A DNA stretch of 64,000 nucleotides, taken from positions 288,001 through 352,000 of the forward strand of contig OZ242220.1 in NCBI GenBank assembly GCA_965206745.1, given 5' to 3'. Under the pieces are notes generated by a model. That model did not search any database. It saw only the letters and a program-made list of their open reading frames with translations, and was not told where the DNA came from. How positions within the stretch are numbered: position 1 is the first letter of the stretch; every line of letters begins with the position of its first letter. Below, one piece after another: positions 48,786 through 58,126 of this stretch. This DNA is from Nitrosopumilus sp. Its GTDB lineage: Archaea > Thermoproteota > Nitrososphaeria > Nitrososphaerales > Nitrosopumilaceae. The position numbers were made by a program, and so were the translations under genes.

Positions 48786-48831
48786 CTTTTTAACATATAT
48801 TCATAAATAATCAATTGACAAGTAAATACAC

Positions 48832-49521
48832 ATGGCAGATTCGATCCTGGATGATGCAAAGGCGCTTTTGGATAAGGACTTTGGGGATGATAGAATTCTA
48901 AAGCAAATTTGCAGAGCGTGTGAAAATAATGAAATAATTAGCAATTATGAAAGAAACTATGTCAAAGAATTGGCTGAAAAACATCTGGAGAAAAAACCAG
49001 AGTTCACTGAAACACATGTTCAGGAAACACCGTTGATTCCCGATGTTGTAATTCCCAACACACAGCAAACCATGCAAGCACAATCATATCCGACCGTTGC
49101 ACCAAGGATAGCTCGCTCAAGATTGAAGAACAAAAAAATCATGTTCGGCATTGTCGGACTGGCATTGATAGTTATCGTTACGGCGGCCGTATCCTTTAGC
49201 GGTTTTACCATTGATATTGGAGATATTGACCCCGTCAGACCCTCATCTTCATTATCTGTCCAGACTGATTTAGGATTATACAACAACAAGGATCTGATTT
49301 CAATTAATGGCGCCTCTGACACTGCCGGGACTGTCACCCTCTCGATAGTAAACCCAGACAACAAACTTGTGTGGACCGAACAGATCTCCTTGAAGAGTGA
49401 TGGGAGCTATTCCACATTGACCATTGCAGGAGGTTCAGATTGGGAAAAGTCTGGAGCCTACGCCCTCAAAGTGGACAATGGCAGAGACACAGAATCTATT
49501 GCATTCTCATTTACTGCGTGA
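48832..49521 (+). CDS. Single-pass membrane hypothetical protein
   Basis: Helical N-terminus, TM helix, Ig-like C-terminal domain. Confidence 0.8.
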   Translation: MADSILDDAKALLDKDFGDDRILKQICRACENNEIISNYERNYVKELAEKHLEKKPEFTETHVQETPLIPDVVIPNTQQTMQAQSYPTVAPRIARSRLKNKKIMFGIVGLALIVIVTAAVSFSGFTIDIGDIDPVRPSSSLSVQTDLGLYNNKDLISINGASDTAGTVTLSIVNPDNKLVWTEQISLKSDGSYSTLTIAGGSDWEKSGAYALKVDNGRDTESIAFSFTA

Positions 49522-50070
49522 TCCGTCCCAAGCTCTTTCCGGTGCGAATCTGCCAAACCTCATAGTTTCCCCATGCTGATCTGATGTGCTGAGGATGCAC
49601 CGAATCCCTCGTATCTATTGTGTCATTCCCACATGTCTGCTGATTTTCCTGATTTGAAAAATACATGTAGCAGAGTCTGGCTGGAAAGACCAGCATTCAC
49701 ATACCATACAATACCTTGGGGATCGCGTTTGGTTTTTTATTCAGTTTTTTTTAGCATGCCAGTCTCATCGTTTACCAAATCCCGACAATACCAGGGAGCA
49801 TCGATGGAATCCTCCTCATACCAATTCAATCTTTTCCCATCCTGAGGCATTGCCACGACTGCCTGGAGCATGTGCGTACAAATTTGAATCAAAAAATATG
49901 GCGCCTCTCTCTTGGGCTTTACAGAACCTGTTTTGGGATTGGATGGAATATTATCCCCATTATGCTGCATGAATCAAATGACCTGCCTCACAGGAAAGAT
50001 ATCCTCTGAACCCTCTGCCCAGACGATAAGGGACTGCGTGAAATTTCAGTAAAACCATCTATTTCTTGGC

Positions 50071-50298
50071 CTATCTGCAGAAAAACTCATCTCCTGTTCC
50101 CTTGTACAGTACAAAATATTCGTCCTGGTTCTTCCTGTCTTTTTTTGCGTTTAGGGCCTCCTGATACATTTCAAAGTGCTCCACTAGATACAGCTGATTG
50201 CCTGTATCTGCAAAGTAGTCTATCCCGACCAGGTTAAACCCCTTCTCGGGGGTCAACCGCATCTTTTGCTCTTTAAAAATATCTTCAGTCAATCTCAC
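50071..50298 (-). CDS. Thaumarchaeal hypothetical protein
   Basis: 75-aa ORF directly downstream of tbp on the same strand. Confidence 0.7.
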   Translation of the reverse strand: MRLTEDIFKEQKMRLTPEKGFNLVGIDYFADTGNQLYLVEHFEMYQEALNAKKDRKNQDEYFVLYKGTGDEFFCR

Positions 50299-50307
50299 AA
50301 CTAAACG

Positions 50308-50871
50308 TCATTGATCATAAATCATCAGGCTCTTCTCTTCTAATAGGGCATGCAAATTATGTACAGAACGATAGACATCTGTCTCCTTCTTTGCCCCCGT
50401 ACAGACCAGCTTTCCTGATGCAAATAGCAGTATCACCGTCTTTGGATCCAACATCCTGTGAATGAGTCCTGGAAACTGCTCTGGTTCATACATGCTTCTA
50501 GCCAGAGTTCTGGCAGCCTTCTCCAGATGGATCTTCCCGCCGAGATTAATTGAGGCCACCATGTTTTGGACTGTGATCACTGCGTCCTTCTTTATCTTGA
50601 TCTTGCCTTTTCTTAATTTCTGAACAACCGTGTTGACTGCCTTTATTGCCATGTCTTCGGATTTTGCTCCGGTGCATACCATCTTGCCTGTTCTAAAGAT
50701 CAGCGTTGCGGTTCTGGGGTTGGTCAATCTGAAGACGAGTCCTGGAAACTGCTCCGGATGGTACTCTGTCTCTGGAAACTTTTTAGTAATTTCAACAAGA
50801 TCAATCTTTTGATCCACTGATGCAGATGCAACAACATTTTCAACGCTGACAATGGGCTTTGTCTGTGGCAT
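50308..50871 (-). CDS. tbp: TATA-box-binding protein
   Basis: Two repeats of NxVAS...YxPEQFPGL...LxFxxGKxVCTGAK. Confidence 0.98.
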   Translation of the reverse strand: MPQTKPIVSVENVVASASVDQKIDLVEITKKFPETEYHPEQFPGLVFRLTNPRTATLIFRTGKMVCTGAKSEDMAIKAVNTVVQKLRKGKIKIKKDAVITVQNMVASINLGGKIHLEKAARTLARSMYEPEQFPGLIHRMLDPKTVILLFASGKLVCTGAKKETDVYRSVHNLHALLEEKSLMIYDQ

Positions 50872-50935
50872 TGAGGGTCTTTATATACAACCTGTATATA
50901 TACTAGTCAAATTTTTTTCCAAATTTTGAAATTTT

Positions 50936-51391
50936 CTAATGACGTCCAATCCACTGGTATCTGTATTCCTCATCGATGATGTCTGCAACAATCTCGGTGT
51001 CCTTGGTTTTTGTTTTTGGAATATCTGCATCAAAGAATCCCAGCTGGCCCTTCCATGGGATCGAAACTCTCAACTGCTTTGCATTTTTTAGCAAAAACCC
51101 AAAAGTTTTGCCTTGAAATTTTCTCGATGCAAAATGAAACTCTTTATCCAACTCTATCTCTTTTGCCGAGTCGTATTCTTTTACATCGTAAATCTGGACC
51201 CTTCCGATGATTGCACCTGTCACGAACTTTTTGTCAATTTTTAACCTCCTTGAATCACCGGTCCTTACCTTCAATGGTGCATGGACCAGAAACTCTCCAC
51301 GATAATTTGTATTCCAGCTTCTCAGTTCTATGCTCTTTTTTCCTGAAACAATCAAGTCAGCAAATGGTTGAGATACTGAAAGGCACTTCAA
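50936..51391 (-). CDS. ASCH domain protein
   Basis: LSVSQPFA..I.SGKKSIELRSW...RG...HA and KGQLGFF motifs. Confidence 0.9.
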   Translation of the reverse strand: MKCLSVSQPFADLIVSGKKSIELRSWNTNYRGEFLVHAPLKVRTGDSRRLKIDKKFVTGAIIGRVQIYDVKEYDSAKEIELDKEFHFASRKFQGKTFGFLLKNAKQLRVSIPWKGQLGFFDADIPKTKTKDTEIVADIIDEEYRYQWIGRH

Positions 51392-51394
51392 GAT

Positions 51395-52966
51395 CTACTC
51401 TGTGGCCGCTTTGACGAACTGGCCTGGATTTTTCCCTATCCCTTCAGGCAAGTTTGTTATGCCGCCATTCAAACTCTCAGTTGTTATTCCCTTGCTTGCA
51501 AGTACTTTTGCAGTCATCAGTGACGTGTTTCCGGCCATGCAGATCAACAGCGACTTTTGCTTCGAGCCCTCCAGATCCCTGCCCAGCTCGTCTGGAATCT
51601 GCTGTGTCGATAGCAGCTCGTTGATGGTGCTGGCTTTGGGTATGACTATTTTTTCCTTATCAATACCCAAGGATTTGGCAATGATCTCGACTCCCTCCTC
51701 CTTTGGGGTGTATTGGGGATGGACCCAGATTACCTTGTCGTATTCATCAACGCTGGCTGCTGCCTCCTCCAATGAGACCTGCATGCGCTTGTTAGATGAG
51801 ACTGCCTCTAGGTTCTTCCTGTACTTTTCTATGCCGTCGGCAACCACAACTATGAACTTGCCCTTCTCACCGTCACTTGCCATCTCCAAAATGGCATACA
51901 GTGCAAGTGCCGTGCTCTCACCAATATTGTGGCCCTTATCCACGAAAAATTTAAGCAGATGCTTTGCCTGTCCAAAATCAACCTCATGTTCTGCAGCATA
52001 GGCATCCGGATTGTACATCTTTAGTCCCTCCGTCTTTGCCCTTGTCCTAATTCCTGCCACATCTTGGCCCGGAATTGGAAACACCACGTGAATTGCCTTT
52101 CTTTCATACTTTTTACTCATATAGTCGCTCAACCCGCCAGAGGTGCCACCTGTTCCAAAGGAGCAGAATATCCTATAATCTTGCAGCGAGTCTCCATGCT
52201 CACGCAGCTGCTCGTCGATCTCCACGGCAGTAACTGTCCTGTGCGCATCAATGTTTAACTCGTTGTCGTACTGTTCCGGACAAAAGCAGTCATATATTTT
52301 TGAAAGCAGTTTTGCCAGATTGATTATATCCTGTGCTGCCAGCAGTGCCTCAATTTTGGAGATTGCCCCATCATACACTGCAGGCTCAAAACCCAGTTCC
52401 ACTAGCTGGGAGCGAATGTTTACTGCAGTTGCCTTTGCAACTAGCGCATCTGCATCACTGTCCTTCATTCCCGGGGCAGGACAGATGTCCATGTCAAGAT
52501 CTATTATCTGAATATTCTCATTTCTCAACTCCTTAAAGACCCCCTCCTGCAGTTTTCTTGAAACCAGTGAGACAACCCTCACTCCAAGTCTTGACATCTG
52601 TCCGAGTGCTATCCCGAAATTCCCCGATGTCGCCTCAATTATCGTCTGACTCTCCCTTAGCTTTCCTGTCTTGATTGCATCATGTATGATGTGGATGGCA
52701 GGCCTGATCTTGATTGAACCTGACACCAGGTCCGCATCAAACTTTCCATATATCCTCAAATCCAAATCTGAAATATCCAACTTGTAGACGCTTTTTGCGC
52801 ATTCCTTAAAATCACTGGTAAGATCAGTCAGCGGCGTTGCGTTGACTATCTTGCCCTCCTTCAAATGGGGAACCTTGCTCCAAATCTCCCGCTCAAACTT
52901 TTCTAGCAGCTGCCTATCAATACCGTCCTCTGACATCTCTCTAGGGGCAGTCGATCCTCTGCTCAT
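51395..52966 (-). CDS. Cysteine-synthase-like PLP enzyme with C-terminal rhodanese-like domain
   Basis: GSIKIR, EATSGNFG, GTGGTS; C-terminal LICMAGNTS...SLNGG. Confidence 0.85.
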   Translation of the reverse strand: MSRGSTAPREMSEDGIDRQLLEKFEREIWSKVPHLKEGKIVNATPLTDLTSDFKECAKSVYKLDISDLDLRIYGKFDADLVSGSIKIRPAIHIIHDAIKTGKLRESQTIIEATSGNFGIALGQMSRLGVRVVSLVSRKLQEGVFKELRNENIQIIDLDMDICPAPGMKDSDADALVAKATAVNIRSQLVELGFEPAVYDGAISKIEALLAAQDIINLAKLLSKIYDCFCPEQYDNELNIDAHRTVTAVEIDEQLREHGDSLQDYRIFCSFGTGGTSGGLSDYMSKKYERKAIHVVFPIPGQDVAGIRTRAKTEGLKMYNPDAYAAEHEVDFGQAKHLLKFFVDKGHNIGESTALALYAILEMASDGEKGKFIVVVADGIEKYRKNLEAVSSNKRMQVSLEEAAASVDEYDKVIWVHPQYTPKEEGVEIIAKSLGIDKEKIVIPKASTINELLSTQQIPDELGRDLEGSKQKSLLICMAGNTSLMTAKVLASKGITTESLNGGITNLPEGIGKNPGQFVKAATE

Positions 52967-53007
52967 ATAAAATATCTGATGAAGTATGGGACGGCCTGAT
53001 TTTTAAA

Positions 53008-54570
53008 TCAGACATCCAGGATGCCAATCACCTTGTTTGGTATGTCCTTTAGTCTGCTGACTGCCATGGTCTTGTCATATCCCAGATGCCTCAGGTTGCC
53101 GGCTATGGTGGTGGCCCTGATTGTATTGGGACCCAGTCCTAGGGCAACCATGCTGATTCCCAGTCCTTTCAGCGACTTGGTCATGCTTCTGACTGCATCG
53201 GGGTCTGATGGTTCCCCGTCAGTGAGTGTCAGGAAGATATCCGGCCTCTTTGACTGCAAAGTTGGAAACATCTTGTCATAGACCTCGGCTAGCGGGGTTG
53301 AACCGTTGGCGACAATCTGTGCCAGTCTCTTTGCAGTGATGCTGTTCCACTTTACGTTTTCAGACTTTATCAGCCAGCAGACCATCGATCTGTTCTCTGT
53401 ACTAAATGCGTACACTGCAAACTTTACTTTGAGAAACGACAGCACCTCGCAGAGTGCCAGGGTTGCCTTTTTGTACTCGATAGCATCTGATGCAATGCTT
53501 GATGAGTGATCCAGGAGGATCACAATCTTTGTCTTGATTGATTTTTTGATGTCCGTAAAAAACGGCTCGTGATCCTCTATGTAGCTCTCCTCGTCAAACT
53601 CATCGCCTGAACTCAGGTGCTGCTCCTTCCAGCCCGTCTTCCACTCCTTGAACTTTGTCTTCAGCCCGTTAACCAGGCTCATGTCGTATATTGCCGTCTC
53701 ATCGACGTTTCTTGTTGATGGGACCTGAATTCCTACAGACTCTGTTGCCAGCCCCTTGTTCTCTGTCCTCTTGTTCTCATCTAGCAGTACCTTGTACTCG
53801 TCATAGACATCATCGCCGCGGACTACTGATGCCGGATCAGCAGTACCCAGATCACCCTGCTTGTTTTTGGAGATCACCTTGAGCACCTTTAGCAGTTCCT
53901 CCTCTGAGAGTGCCATTCCTGCCTTCATAAACGGCAGGGATATTGGAATTGTCAGCAGCGAGTCAATATCCAGTATCTTTATAATTTTGCCGACATTTTT
54001 TTCAATCCAGTCAGTACCATGCTCCTCCCTGATTGCCTGGCTGACTATTGCCCTTGCAAATTCCGATGCCTCCCTTATCTTTTCAAAGCTGCTTGCCTGA
54101 ATCTCACCCTTTAGTGCGCCAAACATGAAATGCTGATAAAATGCCTCCACAATCCTGGCTTTTCCATAAACTGTGTGCAGCTGCGGCCTTGAGACAAGCA
54201 TGTATGTGTAGTTGAAGATGATCTCATCATCCATGCCTCTCCATATCCCCCTTCCCAATTTTTCAACCCTTTGGGTCTCCATCGTGTTGAGGATGAATCC
54301 AAATGCGTGATCGTTGCTGAGAATCTTCTTGCAGTATCTTATCCTCATGGCCTCATACCACAGTGACGTCCTAAACTGGCGGTACTTTTGAAAGTCACTG
54401 CCGATCCGCTTCTCCATCGGAGTCAAAATCACCTTGTTCTCATTTAGCCGCGTCCTAGTCTCTGCCTTGTCTGAAATCTCCACTGTGATGGTATCATTCT
54501 CAGACCACCTTCTGAGAAGAAACGTTGCTATCTCCACCAGGGAGTCGTTTTGCAGTCGGATTGCCTGCAT
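53008..54570 (-). CDS. vWA-domain protein (NorD/CbbO/CobT-like)
   Basis: MIDAS motif DHSSS, GSTP and TDGEP at the C-terminus. Confidence 0.88.
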   Translation of the reverse strand: MQAIRLQNDSLVEIATFLLRRWSENDTITVEISDKAETRTRLNENKVILTPMEKRIGSDFQKYRQFRTSLWYEAMRIRYCKKILSNDHAFGFILNTMETQRVEKLGRGIWRGMDDEIIFNYTYMLVSRPQLHTVYGKARIVEAFYQHFMFGALKGEIQASSFEKIREASEFARAIVSQAIREEHGTDWIEKNVGKIIKILDIDSLLTIPISLPFMKAGMALSEEELLKVLKVISKNKQGDLGTADPASVVRGDDVYDEYKVLLDENKRTENKGLATESVGIQVPSTRNVDETAIYDMSLVNGLKTKFKEWKTGWKEQHLSSGDEFDEESYIEDHEPFFTDIKKSIKTKIVILLDHSSSIASDAIEYKKATLALCEVLSFLKVKFAVYAFSTENRSMVCWLIKSENVKWNSITAKRLAQIVANGSTPLAEVYDKMFPTLQSKRPDIFLTLTDGEPSDPDAVRSMTKSLKGLGISMVALGLGPNTIRATTIAGNLRHLGYDKTMAVSRLKDIPNKVIGILDV

Positions 54571-55365
54571 TTAGCTTCCAAACATTGATGCTATGATGTC
54601 GCTTACTTTTTGGTACTCTATGTCCCCCCACTGCGTATAGACATTTCCAAAAACAATCTTGGCCACCTGCTTTGGTGCCATTCCCTTATCCAACAATTTA
54701 GCAAAAGCAATAGTCTCCCTCAAGCTAGGGGAGTAAAACAGCTCCTCGACTGCGGCTGCCTGCCTTAACGTGTTTGCCAGTCTGACTGCCTGGACTATCT
54801 CTGACTCGTGGTTCCCTGAGACATATTTTTTTACAATCTCAAGCTCTATGTCTTCTGGAGGATACTCTAGCCTGATTCGTACTGGAAACCTGCTGAGCAG
54901 TTGGGGCGGCAGCTCCTTTGTACCGCTGTGCGATAGCGGATTAATTGTTGCAACTACAAACCAGCCCTCCTTTGCCTTGACCACCTCGCCTGCCGACTCT
55001 TTTAGCACAATCTGACGTCTGTCATCTAGTGCCTCGTCTAGTCTTAGCAGGACATCGGCCTCTGCTGAATTAATCTCATCTAGATACAGGATATCCCCGC
55101 TCTTCATTGATCTGACTAGCAGGCCCTCATCAAAGCTGACTGTTCCGTCTGTCAGCGTCTTGGTGCCGACCAGGTGACTCTCTCTGGTTCTGAGGCTAAA
55201 GTTGATGGATCTCAGGTTGACATTCTTGCTTGCCGCAAAGTCCCTGACCAGGGACGTCTTTCCAGTTCCCTTCGGACCTATTATGAGTACAAAAAGACCT
55301 GCCTCGTATGCCTTGTTGAGAATCTGAACCGAGTCATTCCAATCAAGATACTGTGCCTCCTCCAA
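54571..55365 (-). CDS. MoxR-type AAA+ ATPase (CbbQ/NirQ/NorQ-like)
   Basis: GPKGTGKT, LYLDEIN, ATINP, LLSRF and SLRE motifs. Confidence 0.92.
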   Translation of the reverse strand: MEEAQYLDWNDSVQILNKAYEAGLFVLIIGPKGTGKTSLVRDFAASKNVNLRSINFSLRTRESHLVGTKTLTDGTVSFDEGLLVRSMKSGDILYLDEINSAEADVLLRLDEALDDRRQIVLKESAGEVVKAKEGWFVVATINPLSHSGTKELPPQLLSRFPVRIRLEYPPEDIELEIVKKYVSGNHESEIVQAVRLANTLRQAAAVEELFYSPSLRETIAFAKLLDKGMAPKQVAKIVFGNVYTQWGDIEYQKVSDIIASMFGS

Positions 55366-55399
55366 AGTACGTTTTCAATGATTAAGACAATATTTAATA

Positions 55400-56863
55400 T
55401 TAGATCTTTGCATCAAATGCCTCTATTTTGATAAAGGCCTGCTCAAGTCTCTTGTGCAGCGTCTTGTTCCAGCCGTCAAATCCTGAGGGATCCTTTGGAT
55501 AGTCGTTGTAGTGCTCAACTAGCCACTGGTTTTCCTTGGTTGTATATCTGAGCCCGTCTGCAACTGTCTTGTTCATCGCGCCTCTGATTATCATTCCGAT
55601 CTTTCCCAGTCCTGAAAAGTCAGGATGCTCGCCCTTGCTGATTGACTCTACATCCATGTTTCCCAGAAAGTGCTTCATTCCATAGCTGATCTGCTCATTG
55701 GACATTTGCTGGATCAGGCGCCTGAATATCTCAAGGCCTGCAGTCTTGTATCCGTACTCTTTGATATAGTCCAGGTTGTACTGCCAGAGGCCTGCCTCAG
55801 AGACGTCATCTGCCTCCAGTGCGCATGCGACATTGTTTCCAATAATCGTACCTGCAATCAGGGCAGGACCGATGCCGCCTGCATCAATTGGCTTTGGCAT
55901 CCATGCAGAATCACCGACCATCATGTATCCCCCTGACACCATGCAGTCATTCTGTCTTCTAACTGAAACCTGGAATATTCCTGAATTATTATTGATGTCT
56001 TGCGATTCCTCTGATAGTTTGGCATTCTTGATTGCAATGTTTCTGTGAAGGTACTCCTTCATCAGTGACTCGACATTGTCTTTTTTGCCCAGCCTCTTGT
56101 TCCTCCTATCCAAAAGTGTCTTCTCAACGCCCAGCCCTATGTTCACTTTGGTATCGCCCTTTGGAAACACCCATCCGTATCCGCCTGGTGCGATGTCCTG
56201 ATCCAAATGAATGATGCAGTAGTCCGGATCAAACTCTGCAAGATCTTTCTGCCCCTTTTCAAAATGCATGATGTACCTTCCAGTTGATTCCAAATCCCTT
56301 CTGTCGATTCTCTTTTCAACCTTGGTGGAATTCTTCAGCCCGTTTCTGAGCGTCGATGTAACTCCCGTTGCATCAATTACGATTCTTGATGTTTTTTTAA
56401 ACGGCTGCTTTGTCTTGTTGTCCACACCCTGCACTCCGACTGCCTGCTGTCCCTCATAAATCAGACCTGTAAGATTAATCTCATACTCGTACTCTATGCC
56501 CATCTTCTTGCATCTCTGATTCTGGATCTCTGGCAACTTTTGACGGTTCAGCATAAATCCTGCACCGTCAAACGGGATTGCAGTCTCCTTGTCCGGTGAG
56601 AATGCCATGACACCCTTGACATCGTGCTCAATCTCGGGTCTGGTCCATTCGATCTTGATTCTCTCTGTCATAAAGTCGACTGCCTCCTTGGAGCATGCGT
56701 CTCCGCAGACCCATCCTGCAAGTGACTTTCTACCCGGAAGAAACTCTGTATTTCTATCGGCAACTAGGATTTTCAGATTCTGATTCGAATAGTGAGAGAT
56801 GGCCTGTGCTGTAATGGTGCCTGCAAGACCCCCGCCTGCAATTATAACGTCATAGTCTGCCAC
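55400..56863 (-). CDS. Geranylgeranyl reductase family FAD oxidoreductase
   Basis: GGGLAG, CGDA, PGGYGWVFP and GDSA...PIDAGGI motifs. Confidence 0.9.
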   Translation of the reverse strand: MADYDVIIAGGGLAGTITAQAISHYSNQNLKILVADRNTEFLPGRKSLAGWVCGDACSKEAVDFMTERIKIEWTRPEIEHDVKGVMAFSPDKETAIPFDGAGFMLNRQKLPEIQNQRCKKMGIEYEYEINLTGLIYEGQQAVGVQGVDNKTKQPFKKTSRIVIDATGVTSTLRNGLKNSTKVEKRIDRRDLESTGRYIMHFEKGQKDLAEFDPDYCIIHLDQDIAPGGYGWVFPKGDTKVNIGLGVEKTLLDRRNKRLGKKDNVESLMKEYLHRNIAIKNAKLSEESQDINNNSGIFQVSVRRQNDCMVSGGYMMVGDSAWMPKPIDAGGIGPALIAGTIIGNNVACALEADDVSEAGLWQYNLDYIKEYGYKTAGLEIFRRLIQQMSNEQISYGMKHFLGNMDVESISKGEHPDFSGLGKIGMIIRGAMNKTVADGLRYTTKENQWLVEHYNDYPKDPSGFDGWNKTLHKRLEQAFIKIEAFDAKI

Positions 56864-56928
56864 GCTATTGAGGTCTGTCTATCCGTATTTAAAATAATAC
56901 CGTCAAGCAAATGACTCAAAATCAATCA

Positions 56929-56998
56929 AAGGGTCGGTTCGTCGCGGCCTCTTCAAAGCTTTCGCTCAGACTGGAGCGGCTGTTATCTCCTCATTCCC
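56929..56998 (-). ncRNA. C/D box guide sRNA candidate
   Basis: GGGA-ATGAGGA(C)-guide-CTGA(D')-GC GAAA GC hairpin-TGAAGA(C')-guide-CCGA(D)-CCC; TTAAATA about 22 nt upstream. Confidence 0.7.
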
Positions 56999-57023
56999 AA
57001 GTTGTATGGCCCCTTGTTCCTAT

Positions 57024-57455
57024 TTAATCTAGGCAGTCCGAAAAGATCTCTGTGAATATTTTGACCGTGTCTTTCTTGTTGTAAATGGGCGTGTGAATTC
57101 TCAATTTTACCGTGTCCTTCTTGCTGACCCTCAGATTGCCCTTGATCAGTTCCTGCTTGTCCAGTCTCATATGGAACTTTGAATCCTCGACCCGCTGCCC
57201 GATTTCACAGACCAGCTCACTGACTTGTTCTGCTGGCAGCACCTCAATTATCCTGTCCATCAAATTCTGAGCATGCCTCTTGGCAACCCTTGCCTTTAAC
57301 ATGGTGATTGGATTCTCATAATGTCCCTGCATCTGCTCAAGTGCAAAGTCATCCTCCTTGAGATTCAGAACATTCTCAAAGGACTCGAGGATCTTTGCAA
57401 CATCCTCTGTTGCGTGAAGAATCACATCTATTGAAATCTCAATCTTGCGTGCCAT
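57024..57455 (-). CDS. DUF54-type predicted RNA-binding protein
   Basis: HATED, GHYENPI and RLDKQ motifs. Confidence 0.85.
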   Translation of the reverse strand: MARKIEISIDVILHATEDVAKILESFENVLNLKEDDFALEQMQGHYENPITMLKARVAKRHAQNLMDRIIEVLPAEQVSELVCEIGQRVEDSKFHMRLDKQELIKGNLRVSKKDTVKLRIHTPIYNKKDTVKIFTEIFSDCLD

Positions 57456-57474
57456 GATGTAAAGGATGACTCTG

Positions 57475-58086
57475 TTATGCTTCTAGTAGTTTTGTTTCCT
57501 TGTCTGCAGTCCTGATGAGCTTGACCTTCTCCAGACCCACGTGTCTTACCCTGATTACCTTCTTGAATGCGGCCATGATGTCCGAGTTGATCTTGCTGTA
57601 GCATGTTGCTTGGACAAACTGCTCGATTGTCATCTCTGGAATTGTCTTGTTAATCACGTCTCTGGCAATCAGTCTGAGCGCATGCTGTCTGGACGTGTTT
57701 AGCTGTCTGTGTGTTAGGGCAAGCAGCTTGATTCTAAAGATGTAGCCGTCCTTTGTCTTGATGTCGATGATAAAGTTGACCTTTGATGAGCCCCTTCTTA
57801 CCAGGCTGCGCAAGAACTCTTTTGAATACTCGTATCTCTTGAAGATTGTCATTGCCTTGTCGCCTTCAACCTTGTTGATTTGAAAATAGATTTTATATTG
57901 ATGCTGTGAAGGATCCCCCTTTAGAATGTCATACAGTGTAACCTCCATCACCCTGCCTGCCGCATTTGCATCATCTGTAATCGGAACATATCCAATTGGG
58001 ACGTTGTTAAATGAATCCGGTGCATAGACTGTGACCCAGCGTTTCTCCCGCCACTTGTCCTTTACCCGACCTTTTCTACGTGCCAA
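57475..58086 (-). CDS. rps3ae: 30S ribosomal protein S3Ae (eS1)
   Basis: KDKWREKRW..YAP; GRVMEVTLYD; RSLVRR. Confidence 0.96.
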   Translation of the reverse strand: MARRKGRVKDKWREKRWVTVYAPDSFNNVPIGYVPITDDANAAGRVMEVTLYDILKGDPSQHQYKIYFQINKVEGDKAMTIFKRYEYSKEFLRSLVRRGSSKVNFIIDIKTKDGYIFRIKLLALTHRQLNTSRQHALRLIARDVINKTIPEMTIEQFVQATCYSKINSDIMAAFKKVIRVRHVGLEKVKLIRTADKETKLLEA

Positions 58087-58126
58087 TTATTAACGACCTT
58101 TAAATCCAAAATATAAGGGTATGTTG

